A stretch of DNA of 64,000 bases from an uncultured Anaerolineae bacterium (GCA_964390105.1 CAYMGV010000001.1:2-64001); one strand, 5' to 3'; positions 8,768 to 19,055 are shown, numbered from the stretch's first letter. Notes: generated by a model from the sequence alone, not told the origin. Numbers and translations: made by a program.

Positions 8768-9994
8768 TCAGTCCATCATGAGGACATCACGGATAATAGG
8801 CAGTGCCCAATCGATAGTGTCTTTCTCGATGATGAGCGGCGGCGCAAAGCGCATCACATCGACGTGGGTATCCTTGGCGAGGATACCACGCTGAGCCAGC
8901 TCCTTGCAGAAGCGGCGGGCACCGCCAGCCTCCGGCTTGAGTACCACGCCAATCAGCAGACCCTTGCCACGGATGTGGTCAATATGAGGGCTGTTGATCT
9001 CCTCAAGGTGATCCATAAAGTAGCGGCCCATTTCAGAGGCATGCTCGACGAGATTTTCCTGCTCGATGACTTCGAGCGCGGCACGGCCCACCGCAGCAGC
9101 CAGCGGGTTGCCACCAAAGGTCGAGCCGTGGTCACCGGGCTGAAACACGCCCAGCACTTCGCCAGAGCCGATCACGGCGGAGACGGGCAGCACGCCGCCA
9201 CCCAACGCCTTGCCGAGGATGACGAGGTCGGCACGAACGTCCTCATGGTCGATGGCAAGCAGCTTGCCCGTGCGGGCCAGCCCCGTCTGAATCTCATCCA
9301 CGATGAACAGTACGTGGTTGGTGTCGCATATCTCGCGCACCGCCTTCAGGTAGCCAGCCGGTGGCACCACAACCCCGGCCTCACCCTGGATCGGTTCGAG
9401 CAGGATGGCGGCAGTGTTAGGCGTGATGGCAGCCCTCATCGCAGCTTCGTCACCATACGGCACAGTCACAAAACCGGGTGTCAACGGCCCGAAATCGTCC
9501 TTGTACTGCGGCTCCGAGGAATACGAGATGATCGAGATGGTGCGTCCGTGGAAGTTCCCCTCCACGACGATAATCTCAGCCTGGTGACGCGGGATTCCTT
9601 TGACCGTGTAGGCCCACTTTCGGGCGGCCTTCATCGCGGTCTCGACGGCCTCTGCACCGGTGTTCATCGGCAGGGCCATTTCGTAGCCCGTCATGCCCAG
9701 CAGCTTCTGGTAAAACAGGGGAAGCTGGTCGTTGCGGAAGGCGCGGGAGGTCAGGGTCAGTTTCCGGGCCTGCGTCGTCAGTGCGTCGATGATATGTGGG
9801 TGGCAGTGCCCCTGGTTGACGGCGGAATAGGCGCTGAGGCAGTCGAGGTAGCGGTTGCCCTCGACATCATAGACCCATTCGCCATCACCGCGCTCAATCA
9901 CCACATCCAGCGGATGGTAGTTGTGCGCTCCGAGTTTCTCCTCAAGTTCGATGTAAGAGGCCGCTGTACGCGGTTTCTTTGCATCAATGGTCAT
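8768..9994 (-). CDS. rocD: Ornithine--oxo-acid transaminase
   Basis: GAHNYHPL, YSAVNQGHCHP, LTLTSRAF, PMNTGAEAVETA, EPIQGEAG, DEIQTGLARTG, LGKALGGG, HGSTFGGNPL. Confidence 0.95.
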   Translation of the reverse strand: MTIDAKKPRTAASYIELEEKLGAHNYHPLDVVIERGDGEWVYDVEGNRYLDCLSAYSAVNQGHCHPHIIDALTTQARKLTLTSRAFRNDQLPLFYQKLLGMTGYEMALPMNTGAEAVETAMKAARKWAYTVKGIPRHQAEIIVVEGNFHGRTISIISYSSEPQYKDDFGPLTPGFVTVPYGDEAAMRAAITPNTAAILLEPIQGEAGVVVPPAGYLKAVREICDTNHVLFIVDEIQTGLARTGKLLAIDHEDVRADLVILGKALGGGVLPVSAVIGSGEVLGVFQPGDHGSTFGGNPLAAAVGRAALEVIEQENLVEHASEMGRYFMDHLEEINSPHIDHIRGKGLLIGVVLKPEAGGARRFCKELAQRGILAKDTHVDVMRFAPPLIIEKDTIDWALPIIRDVLMMD

Positions 9995-10031
9995 GTGGGT
10001 TTCGTCCTTTACCCTCGATAGAGGTCACAGA

Positions 10032-10958
10032 TTACAGTTTGCCCAGCAAAAACAACATCAGGGCTTTTTGTGCATGCAGGCGGTTTTCCGCCTGATCAAA
10101 CACCACGGAATTAGGATGATACATGATCGTCTCGTTGAACTCATAGCCCTTGTGGGCAGGCAGGCAGTGCATAACAAGTGTGCCGGGGTTGCCGGTCTTC
10201 GCCAGCAGGTCCTCGTTGACCTGGTATGGCATGTATAACTTAAGACGCCGGTCCTTCTCTGCGGCATAATCGGGGTTGGTGAAGTGTTCCATGTTGATCC
10301 ACGTATCGGTGTAGACGACATCGGCATCCTTCACGGCGGCAGCCACGTCATCGGTTTCCTCGTAGCGGCCATCCGCGCGCAGGATGGCAAGCTGCTCCTC
10401 ATCAACGGCAGGCGGGTCAAACTCCGGCGCGCACAGCGTAAAGTGTGCCCCGGCATAGATCGACGCCATCGAGAGCGAGTTGCTCACATTATTGCCCACG
10501 CCAAGATACACGATCCTGAGACCTTCAGTGCGGCCCAACTTCTCTTTGACGGTCATCAGGTCGGTGAGGGCCTGCGCCGGGTGATAGCGGTCGTCACAAC
10601 CGTTAATCACCGGCACCTCCGAGCCTTCAGCCAGCGCAACGAGATCGGCGTTACGCATCATACGCGCCATGATCAGGTCAACGTAGCGCCCAATCACCTT
10701 GCCTTCGTCGGCCATATCGGCGATGGACATCTGCGTGTCCCTGGTCAGCGCAAAGATGGCATGACCGCCAAGCTGTGTCATGCCGACTTCAAACGAAAAG
10801 CGGGTACGGGTGGATGTCTTCTGGAAGATCATGCCGAGCGTGCGGCCTTTGAGTGCGTCGGCATAGGGGGCCGGGTTCTGTTTGATCTCAATGGCCCGCT
10901 GGATAATGTGGTTAAAGTCATCGGCGCTGATATCGCGCACCTTGATTAAATCGACCAT
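10032..10958 (-). CDS. argF: Ornithine carbamoyltransferase
   Basis: STRTR, HPAQAL.D, YTDTWINM, HCLP, DQAENRLHAQKA. Start MVDLIK at 10958 with a GAGG RBS. A related transcarbamylase specificity is not excluded. Confidence 0.88.
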   Translation of the reverse strand: MVDLIKVRDISADDFNHIIQRAIEIKQNPAPYADALKGRTLGMIFQKTSTRTRFSFEVGMTQLGGHAIFALTRDTQMSIADMADEGKVIGRYVDLIMARMMRNADLVALAEGSEVPVINGCDDRYHPAQALTDLMTVKEKLGRTEGLRIVYLGVGNNVSNSLSMASIYAGAHFTLCAPEFDPPAVDEEQLAILRADGRYEETDDVAAAVKDADVVYTDTWINMEHFTNPDYAAEKDRRLKLYMPYQVNEDLLAKTGNPGTLVMHCLPAHKGYEFNETIMYHPNSVVFDQAENRLHAQKALMLFLLGKL

Positions 10959-11060
10959 GAGCGCCTCACGAAGATTGGGGAAAGAGTCAGGGTGCCCACT
11001 TGGGGGCACCCTTCATTGTAACAGGAAGCGTGCAAAAGTCAGTGAACGGGCTGGCGGCGT

Positions 11061-12377
11061 TTACTGTGCGCTGATGACGCTGACGGTGCCGCCTGCCATA
11101 TCCGCGATATAGAGCGTACCGTCTTCGCCCTCCCCAAAAGTGCTGATCTGCATCCCCACGGTCGTGAGTTCACGCAGGTTCCAGCCGCCCATGCCATCGG
11201 GGGCCAGCCCCCACATCACGCCCGTGCAGAAATCGCCAAACAGGTAGACGCCATACAGGGCAGGATAGCCTGCGCCGCGATACACATAGCCGCCCGTTAC
11301 CGAACAGCCCTGCGAATGGTTGTACTCTGCGACAGGCATGGTCAACCCGGATTGATCACAGGTATCGGCATCATAGCAGTTGAACCCCTCCATGATCGGC
11401 CAGCCGTAGTTCTCACCACCGGGGCTGGACGCAGGCTGTATGTTGATCTCCTCATAGATGTTCTGGCCAACATCGCCCATGTACAGGTCACCGGTCAGAC
11501 GGTCAAAGCTGAACCGCCAGGGGTTACGCACACCATAGGCCCATATTTCATCCAGAACAGCATCCGTTCCCATATAGGGGTTATCGGCTGGGATGCTGTA
11601 GGGCAGTTCGTCAACATCAATGCGCATGATGGTGGCAAGGAACGTGTTGGTATTCTGACCGTTGCCGAAAATGTCACCAGCAGCACCGCCATCACCCAAG
11701 CCTATGTAGAGGTAGCCACCAGGGCCAAAGGTGATGTGCCCGCCGTTATGATTGGCCGCAGGCTGGTTGACGTTGAGCAGCGGGCGCTCCGATCCAGGAT
11801 CGGCGATACCGGGATCAGATGTCACCTCATAGCGAGCCACAACTGTATTCCCACTGCGGTCCGTGTAGTTCACAAAGAACCAGCCGTTACTGGCGTATTC
11901 AGGATGAAAGGCCAGCCCCAGCAAGCCGCGTTCGTAGCTGTCCGAATCGACGCGGTCGGTGATATCGAGGAAAGCTGTATCGAGCAGCACGCCATCCGCT
12001 AACACCCGAATGCGGCCCGGTTTTTCGATGATGAACAGGCGGCCTGAGCCATCCCCGGCATTGGCAATACCAATAGGCGATTCGAGGCCCGCTGCCACCG
12101 TTTCAAATGAGAGTGATAGCGCAGTGAGGTCCGGCACTGTGTCTGTGATCGGGCTGGCAGGTTCGCCTTCACCAGTGGGGGCCGTGGTTGCAGCCGGATT
12201 GGCTGGGTCTTCACCGGTGAGTGTATCGGATACCTGTGCAGCCGTGGCAGGGATCGCTGTCGCGACGCGGGCGGTCGGTTCGAGATCATCGGGTGCGGGG
12301 CCTCCGGTTACGCCACGGCAGGCCAACCCGGCCAACAGCGTACTTACCACCACCAGAATGGAGATTCGTTTTTTCAT
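11061..12377 (-). CDS. PQQ-dependent sugar (glucose/sorbosone) dehydrogenase family lipoprotein
   Basis: Lipobox GLAC, Pro/Thr linker, ERGLLGLAFHP, NHNGG, YIGLGDGG, WAYGVRNPWRFSFD, GGENYGWP, SVTGGYVYRG. Confidence 0.9.
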   Translation of the reverse strand: MKKRISILVVVSTLLAGLACRGVTGGPAPDDLEPTARVATAIPATAAQVSDTLTGEDPANPAATTAPTGEGEPASPITDTVPDLTALSLSFETVAAGLESPIGIANAGDGSGRLFIIEKPGRIRVLADGVLLDTAFLDITDRVDSDSYERGLLGLAFHPEYASNGWFFVNYTDRSGNTVVARYEVTSDPGIADPGSERPLLNVNQPAANHNGGHITFGPGGYLYIGLGDGGAAGDIFGNGQNTNTFLATIMRIDVDELPYSIPADNPYMGTDAVLDEIWAYGVRNPWRFSFDRLTGDLYMGDVGQNIYEEINIQPASSPGGENYGWPIMEGFNCYDADTCDQSGLTMPVAEYNHSQGCSVTGGYVYRGAGYPALYGVYLFGDFCTGVMWGLAPDGMGGWNLRELTTVGMQISTFGEGEDGTLYIADMAGGTVSVISAQ

Positions 12378-12560
12378 CAATACCATTATCCTTGTCTGTT
12401 TTTATCCTATTAACCATCTCTCAAATTTCCGTGCAGTTCAAGCATTCTGCCCCACATTCCCTCTATGTTCTGTGGAGGCTTTCCTGTAGCGTGGTACACT
12501 TAGGCCCGTGTCAAAACTGAGTTACGCTCTTCGTCATCTACAGATCAGTCGAGTGAATCC

Positions 12561-13886
12561 ATGAGCCGTGCGAATGACCTGCGCGAATCCATTTTAAACC
12601 TTGTGGCAGCGTATTACAGCGCCGAACATGCCGAGCAGGGTGAATTCATCCCCGGTGAGACCCCTGTCCCGGTATCAGGCCGCGTTTACGATGCCAGCGA
12701 TATGATGAACCTTGTCGACTCCTCGCTTGACTTCTGGCTAACCACCGGGCGCTATGCCAAGGACTTTGAACAAGAGTTTGCATCCACCGTTGGCACACGC
12801 TACGCCATGCTATGCAATTCGGGGTCATCGGCGAACCTGCTGGCGCTCGCATCACTGACATCCTCGACGCTGGGTGAACGTGCGCTCAAGCCCGGTGACG
12901 AGGTGATCTCGGTGGCGGCGAGTTTCCCGACCACGATCAACCCCATCGTGCAGAATGGTATGGTGCCGGTGTTTCTTGATGTGGAACTTGACACCTACAA
13001 CATGGATGTCACGTATCTTGAGGAGGCCATCGGCCCAAAGACAAAGGCCATCATGATGGCGCACACGCTGGGCAATCCGTTTGACCTTGACACCGTCATG
13101 GATGTGGCGAAGCGCCATAACCTGTGGGTGATCGAGGATAACTGCGATGCGCTCGGTGCGACGTACAAGGGTAGAACTACCGGCACCTTTGGCGATCTCG
13201 CCACGGTCAGTTTCTACCCTGCTCACCACATCACGATGGGGGAGGGGGGCTGCGTGCTGACCAACAAACCCGCCCTGAAAAAACTGGTGGAATCGTTCAG
13301 GGACTGGGGGCGTGACTGCTGGTGTGAGCCGGGTGTAGCCAATACCTGCGGCAAGCGCTACGGGTGGCAGCTTGGCGATCTGCCCTATGGATATGATCAC
13401 AAATACATCTATTCGCACATTGGGTACAACCTTAAAGCCACTGACATGCAGGCGGCCATCGGGGTCTCTCAACTTAAGAAACTGCCTGAATTCATCGCTG
13501 CACGCAAGCACAACTGGCGGCTGCTGCGTGACGGGCTGCAACAGTACGCCAACGTGCTGCATCTGCCGCAAGCCGCGCCCAACAGCGATCCGAGCTGGTT
13601 CGGGTTTGTGATCACCGTGCGTGAAGACGCGCCATTCACCCGGTTTGAGCTGATCCAGTATCTTGATGCCCATCTGATCGGCAGCCGAATGCTGTTTGCC
13701 GGGAATCTTGTGCGGCAGCCTGCCTATCAGAACGTGCCGCACCGCGTGGTGGGTGACCTGACTCATGCGGATATCGTGATGAACCAATCATTCTGGATCG
13801 GCGTGTACCCCGGCCTCACGCCGGAGATGGTGACGTACGTCATCGAAGTCATTGGTGACTTCATCGCGAAACACACCACTGCATGA
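12561..13886 (+). CDS. rfbH: CDP-4-keto-6-deoxyglucose 3-dehydratase (E1), RfbH/DdhC
   Basis: [41 protein letters not shown] (His at the usual Lys position), Cys cluster GRDCWC...[20 protein letters not shown]. Confidence 0.93.
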   Translation: MSRANDLRESILNLVAAYYSAEHAEQGEFIPGETPVPVSGRVYDASDMMNLVDSSLDFWLTTGRYAKDFEQEFASTVGTRYAMLCNSGSSANLLALASLTSSTLGERALKPGDEVISVAASFPTTINPIVQNGMVPVFLDVELDTYNMDVTYLEEAIGPKTKAIMMAHTLGNPFDLDTVMDVAKRHNLWVIEDNCDALGATYKGRTTGTFGDLATVSFYPAHHITMGEGGCVLTNKPALKKLVESFRDWGRDCWCEPGVANTCGKRYGWQLGDLPYGYDHKYIYSHIGYNLKATDMQAAIGVSQLKKLPEFIAARKHNWRLLRDGLQQYANVLHLPQAAPNSDPSWFGFVITVREDAPFTRFELIQYLDAHLIGSRMLFAGNLVRQPAYQNVPHRVVGDLTHADIVMNQSFWIGVYPGLTPEMVTYVIEVIGDFIAKHTTA

Positions 13887-13891
13887 CAGCC

Positions 13892-13927
13892 AACCACCGC
13901 AGCCCTGAATTGCGGGGGTGGTTTCTT
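13892..13927 (+). terminator. Possible intrinsic terminator after rfbH
   Basis: Imperfect hairpin AACCACCGCA...TGCGGGGGTGGTT followed by TCTT. Confidence 0.4.
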
Positions 13928-14003
13928 CCCTGCCGCTCAGGCATGGTATACTGATCCGTGACAGAAAAGCAGCGTTCCATGTGACACCAGAAAGCCCCAT
14001 CAC

Positions 14004-17000
14004 ATGACTGTTGAATGGTTGCAATATACCATTACCAACTTCAACCTATGGTCCCTCCCATCCGGAGGGCTTGCGTACCTGGCCCTGCTCGGTATTGCTG
14101 CCGTGATCATCGTGATTCGACGCGGCTCCGACTTCCCCAGCCTGACACCCTCTGGCTGGATCATGCTGCTCGCATTCTGCCTGGGCAGCCCGTTTTTGCC
14201 TGGCCTGCTGGTTGTCCACATCGGTGAGGTAGCACTGCCGTTGTTTGCACTCGTCTTTATCGCCGTCGCGGCGCTGCTGCTGGGCACCGGGCCGTCGATG
14301 GTCGTGGGCTTTCTGACGGGCATTGGCTGGATGCTGTCCGGCAGCGTGCCGCGCCTGACGCTGCCATTCGAGATTGCGCTGCTGGCTGGCGTGCTGGCCG
14401 CGCTGATCAATCAACCATACAACAGTATTACCCCGCGCCTGATCCGACAGCCCATCATGGCGCTGCTGCTGGGGACGATCCTCGTCGGCTGGCCGCTGGG
14501 CCTGCTCAGCATCTACCTGAACGATGTCAACTCCGCACTGACCAGCCTCGAACGGACGATCTCACAGACGGTGCCACTGCTGACAGGGGAATTATCAGCA
14601 GCGCTGATCGCCGGGCTGTGTGCCCAGGTGCTGGCTTGGCGTTTTGCCTCCGCACCACATACCGATACAGGGAACGCTGACCCGGCCCCGTGGGAACGAC
14701 GTCTGAGCCGGGTACTGCTCTCAATTGTACTGCCTCTGCTGACCCTTGCGGTGCTGCTATTGGGCACGATTACCGTCACCACTGCGCACACTGCTGCGAC
14801 ACGGCTGACGGTCGAGGAGATGGGCCGCGCGGCACAGGATGCCGCGCGTAACCTGCCCATCTTCATTCAGGCGGGTAACCGTCTGCTGACCGATGCGGCA
14901 CGTCGAGACAATGAGCAAAGCTCACTGCCGTTCTTTGATGACCTGCTCTACTGGCCGGATGACGAAACCAGCCTGAACAGCACCGAACGCGAGATGATTG
15001 CCGTGGCCCAGACCGGCCCGGCCACGCCTGCCCTTAGCCTCGATGAGCATGGGCGGCCCATGATGAGCTTCATCAGCGTGGGTGTGGGTGAGCAGATATT
15101 AATCGGACGGACCTATCTTGAAGACAACCTGCTGATGCAGCCCACCATTGAATCGCTGCTGAGGGGGCAGCTAGCTCAACAGACAAGCTATTTACTGGAT
15201 GCTGATAACCGCGTCATGCTGAACCCCGCTGGCGATGAAGGCGAAACCGCTTTCTCGCTGGATGGTGCCACACCGGTCACAGTTGTCGATGGCATCAGTG
15301 GGCAGGTGTTCCGGTTAAGAACCACAGACGGCACGCGCGAACTGGTATATCTGTATCCTGTCAGCGGTACATCGTGGCAGGTGGCGGTGATGACCCCCAA
15401 CGAGATCGTATTGCAACGATCGATCCAGATCGCAGTGCCGATCCTGGTCGTGCTGGCGATCCTTACGGCGCTCTCACTACCACTGGTGGTTGCCATCGCG
15501 GACCGTATCACAAGGCCGCTGGATGAACTGCTGGAAGGTGCGCGGCTGATCGCGCAGGGGCAGCTTGATCGCCCGATCTATATCAGCGGCAACGACGAGA
15601 TCGGGCAGTTGGGAGCCACCTTTGAGCAGATGCGCGTGCGGCTCAAGCGACGCATCAACGAGCAGGAAAAGCTGCTAAGCGTCACACGAAGCGTCTCCTC
15701 AACTTTGGAACTGTTCCGCGCCATGCCGCCGATCCTGAGCAGCGCGATGGATATCACCTCAGCAGGTGGGGCACGTATTGTGCTGCGCAAGGACTCGAAG
15801 GGTGCCTATCAGACATACGCAGCCGGTGAAATCGCGGCGGCCATGGCCCCGCTGGACCGCCAGATCATTGATCTCGTCGAGCGACAGGGCACACTGGTCA
15901 TCAGTCAGATCGAACGGGCAGCGAGCACGCTGGACCTTGTCAACACCTCCTCGCGCATCCAGTCCATTGTGGCACTGCCTCTGCGGGCCGATACGGCCTT
16001 CCATGGTGTGCTGTGGCTTGCCTACCCCGGAGCGCATACCTTTGAGCAGTCCGAACTCAACTTCCTGGCGACACTCGCGGCACAGGCCGCTGTCTCCGTC
16101 ACGAATGTGCGATTATACAGCCAGGCCGAGGAACGCCGCCGTGAACTGGAAGCGATCCTCGAAAGCACTGCCGACGGCCTGATCGTGGTCGATGCGAATG
16201 GGCAGGTGATCCTGATGAACCCGGCGGCGCGTCATTTACTGAACGTCCCGGCAGAGAAGGCAACCAACCTCAACGCGCGGGAATTGTTTGATAATGAGGA
16301 CCTGCTAACCCTGCTGACCGACCTGCGTCAGCCCGCCAATACGGTCGAGATCATCGGGGACAACCGTAAGACGCTGCTGGCAAACACCTCCGTCATCACC
16401 AGCCTTGATGGGGGCACCACCGGACGCGTAGCCGTCATCCGTGATGTGACGGCACTTAAGGACCTCGACAATTTCAAGACGGTGTTTCTGCGTATGGTCT
16501 CTCACGACCTGCGCTCACCACTGACGTATATCGGTGGCTACCTGACCATGCTGCCCATGACAGGTACGCTCAACGAGCGGCAGCAGGAAGCCATCAACAA
16601 GATGAAGATCGGGGTCAACGAGATCACGGACCTGACTGAGCGGCTCACCCATATGAGCCGCATGGAGTTCGGCGATCAACCGGCGCTGGACCTTTCACTG
16701 TTGACATTCTCGGACCTGCTGAACCACATCCTGGATCAATACAGCAGCCGTGCCCGCGACCGTTCGCTGAATATCACGCGGGAAATCGCCGACGATCTCC
16801 CGCCCTTCTACGCTGACCGTATGCTGTACCGGCAGGCCCTCTCCAACCTGATCGGTAATGCCATCAAATACACGCAGCCTGGAGGGGACATCCGCATTGA
16901 AGCCTGCGTGGAAGATGACCACCTGGTGGTTTCGATAAGCGATAATGGACCCGGCATCCGCGAAGAAGATCAGGCACGATTGTTCGAGGTGTTCTACCGC

Positions 17001-17168
17001 GTACCTCACCGTGAAGGCGACCCACCCGCGCCGGGTGGCTCCGGCATTGGGCTGGCGCTGGTACGCTCGATCGCCGATGCGCATAATGGCAGCGTCAGCG
17101 TGGAGAGCAAGTTTGGAAACGGCAGCACCTTCACCTTCAGTATCCCAATAAAAAAGACCCACAGGTAA
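14004..17168 (+). CDS. Membrane-bound sensor histidine kinase (multi-TM N-terminus, Cache-like region, HAMP, GAF, PAS, HisKA, HATPase)
   Basis: HAMP ITRPLDEL...DEIGQL; GAF-like segment; PAS ILESTADGLIVVD; H-box SHDLRSPL; N-box NLIGNAIKY; G1 DNGPGI; G2 GSGIGL. Confidence 0.93.
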   Translation: MTVEWLQYTITNFNLWSLPSGGLAYLALLGIAAVIIVIRRGSDFPSLTPSGWIMLLAFCLGSPFLPGLLVVHIGEVALPLFALVFIAVAALLLGTGPSMVVGFLTGIGWMLSGSVPRLTLPFEIALLAGVLAALINQPYNSITPRLIRQPIMALLLGTILVGWPLGLLSIYLNDVNSALTSLERTISQTVPLLTGELSAALIAGLCAQVLAWRFASAPHTDTGNADPAPWERRLSRVLLSIVLPLLTLAVLLLGTITVTTAHTAATRLTVEEMGRAAQDAARNLPIFIQAGNRLLTDAARRDNEQSSLPFFDDLLYWPDDETSLNSTEREMIAVAQTGPATPALSLDEHGRPMMSFISVGVGEQILIGRTYLEDNLLMQPTIESLLRGQLAQQTSYLLDADNRVMLNPAGDEGETAFSLDGATPVTVVDGISGQVFRLRTTDGTRELVYLYPVSGTSWQVAVMTPNEIVLQRSIQIAVPILVVLAILTALSLPLVVAIADRITRPLDELLEGARLIAQGQLDRPIYISGNDEIGQLGATFEQMRVRLKRRINEQEKLLSVTRSVSSTLELFRAMPPILSSAMDITSAGGARIVLRKDSKGAYQTYAAGEIAAAMAPLDRQIIDLVERQGTLVISQIERAASTLDLVNTSSRIQSIVALPLRADTAFHGVLWLAYPGAHTFEQSELNFLATLAAQAAVSVTNVRLYSQAEERRRELEAILESTADGLIVVDANGQVILMNPAARHLLNVPAEKATNLNARELFDNEDLLTLLTDLRQPANTVEIIGDNRKTLLANTSVITSLDGGTTGRVAVIRDVTALKDLDNFKTVFLRMVSHDLRSPLTYIGGYLTMLPMTGTLNERQQEAINKMKIGVNEITDLTERLTHMSRMEFGDQPALDLSLLTFSDLLNHILDQYSSRARDRSLNITREIADDLPPFYADRMLYRQALSNLIGNAIKYTQPGGDIRIEACVEDDHLVVSISDNGPGIREEDQARLFEVFYRVPHREGDPPAPGGSGIGLALVRSIADAHNGSVSVESKFGNGSTFTFSIPIKKTHR

Positions 17169-17249
17169 CCCACCTGAACCCCGACAATCCGTTATACTTC
17201 TATTCATGCTGGCGATTTCGTCAGTATGTTTGTTAGGGGAGTCTGACTC

Positions 17250-19055
17250 ATGATCCGCGTGTTACCGCCCGATGTGGCCGCCAAGATCGCCGCGGGGGAG
17301 GTCGTTGAACGCCCTGCCTCCGTGGTGAAGGAACTGGTTGAAAATGCCCTTGATGCAGGGGCCTCGACCGTCTCCATCGAACTGGAGGAAGGGGGCCGCC
17401 GCCTGATCCGAATCAGTGATAACGGGTATGGCATCCCTGCCGATGAAGTGCCGCTGGCCTTTGAACGCCATGCCACGAGCAAGCTGCAAACGCTGGATGA
17501 CCTCGACCGCATCCATTCGCTGGGCTTTCGGGGTGAGGCGTTGGCTTCAATTGCGTCGGTGAGTCAGATGACGCTGATCACCCGGCCCGATGACGAGCAG
17601 GCAGGTGTGCGAGCCGCGCTGGAAAATGGCGAGATCGTTCAGCTTGAACCAGCCGCCTCGCCGCGCGGCACCATGATCACGGTCGAAAATCTGTTTTACA
17701 ACGTCCCGGCCCGTCTCAAGTTCCTGAAAAAAGCCACCACGGAACGCGGCGCGATCAGTGCGTTGATTACCCGTTACGCGGTGGCATATCCCGATGTACG
17801 GTTCCAACTGACGCACGGCAAACAAGAACTGCTGCGGACAAGCGGCAGCGGCAGCCTGCATACTGTGATTTCGGAGGTGTACGGGGTTGAGGTGGCATCC
17901 CAGATGCTTGAGGTCAGCCTCGATGATGGTGCGCTGCGCCCTGACCTGCACCCCGTCAGTGTGTACGGCTATACCAGCCAACCTGCGCTGAACCGCGCTA
18001 ACCGCTCGCACATCACGCTGTTTGTCAACGGACGCTGGGTCCAGGATTCCAGCCTGACTCATGCCGTCGTGCAGGCCTATCACACCATGATGGTGGGCGG
18101 ACGCTACCCGGTGGCGATGCTGATGATCACGGTGCCACCGGACCAGGTCGATGTGAACGTACATCCGGCCAAGACGCAGGTGCGATTCCGCCAGCCGGGG
18201 GCCGTGTTCAGTACCGTCCAGCGTGCAGTGCGGCGCATCCTGATCGACCAGGCAGACCTGCCCACCGTGCGCGATGACATCATCTGGGGATCACCGGACT
18301 GGCAGGCTCGCCGTGACCGGCTCTCACAGGTCACATCGAGCCGCATGAGCCAGATGGGCATTGACCTTGACCTCAACGACCCCGGCCAGTACCGCAAGCA
18401 GGCCGCCGAACAGAATAATGAACCAAACGAGCCGCCGCGCCGCAAGCGCAAAATACCCGTGATGCGCGTGGTAGGGCAGGTGGGCGACTCCTATATCATC
18501 ACTGAAGGACCAAGCGGCATCTACCTGATCGACCAGAACGCAGCACATCAGCGTGTGTTATTTGAACAATTCCTCGCAGCGCAGCAGCATGACGTACCGG
18601 CCTCGCAGGAATTATTAGAGCCGGTAGTGGTTGAACTGCTGGCGGAACAGATCGCGGCGTTTGAAGAACAGGCCGGGGAAGTCGGTACACTGGGGTTCAC
18701 CGTGGATGTTTTTGGGCACAATGCGCTGCGCATCCGTGCGCTCCCCGCGCTGCTGGCGGATAGTGACCCGGTCGATGCACTGATGGCCGTCATCGGGCAG
18801 ATCGAGGGGGAGGTTCCGTCGTCGCTTGAGACACGGCAGGAACGGCTGGCGGCACGTATGTGTCGTGCGGCGGCGGTGCGCATCGGACAGACACTGAGTT
18901 TTGCCGAAATGCAGGCGCTGTTACGGCAGTTAGAGGAGTGTGAAGCACCGCAGACAGACCCCTACGGGCATCCAACGATGGTTCACATCTCAGCGGAACA
19001 GTTGGCGCGGGAGTTTGGCCGAGCGACGCGGCTGAAAGATGATAAAACCGGGTGA
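17250..19055 (+). CDS. mutL: DNA mismatch repair protein MutL (C-terminal endonuclease motifs degenerate)
   Basis: IAAGEVVERPASVVKELVENALDAGA, DNGYGI, HATSK, GFRGEALASI, NLFYNVPARLKFL, VDVNVHPAK. Confidence 0.95.
   Translation: MIRVLPPDVAAKIAAGEVVERPASVVKELVENALDAGASTVSIELEEGGRRLIRISDNGYGIPADEVPLAFERHATSKLQTLDDLDRIHSLGFRGEALASIASVSQMTLITRPDDEQAGVRAALENGEIVQLEPAASPRGTMITVENLFYNVPARLKFLKKATTERGAISALITRYAVAYPDVRFQLTHGKQELLRTSGSGSLHTVISEVYGVEVASQMLEVSLDDGALRPDLHPVSVYGYTSQPALNRANRSHITLFVNGRWVQDSSLTHAVVQAYHTMMVGGRYPVAMLMITVPPDQVDVNVHPAKTQVRFRQPGAVFSTVQRAVRRILIDQADLPTVRDDIIWGSPDWQARRDRLSQVTSSRMSQMGIDLDLNDPGQYRKQAAEQNNEPNEPPRRKRKIPVMRVVGQVGDSYIITEGPSGIYLIDQNAAHQRVLFEQFLAAQQHDVPASQELLEPVVVELLAEQIAAFEEQAGEVGTLGFTVDVFGHNALRIRALPALLADSDPVDALMAVIGQIEGEVPSSLETRQERLAARMCRAAAVRIGQTLSFAEMQALLRQLEECEAPQTDPYGHPTMVHISAEQLAREFGRATRLKDDKTG

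Noticed and set aside
8765-10021. 418-aa plus-strand ORF exactly antisense to rocD
   Set aside because: Shadow ORF from codon bias in GC-rich DNA. It has no recognisable motifs, while the opposite strand is a clear RocD.
12852-13787. 311-aa ORF antisense to rfbH, and similar long antisense ORFs over glyA, argF, the PQQ dehydrogenase and the amidohydrolase
   Set aside because: Same shadow-frame effect, with unnatural His/Arg/Gln-rich composition.
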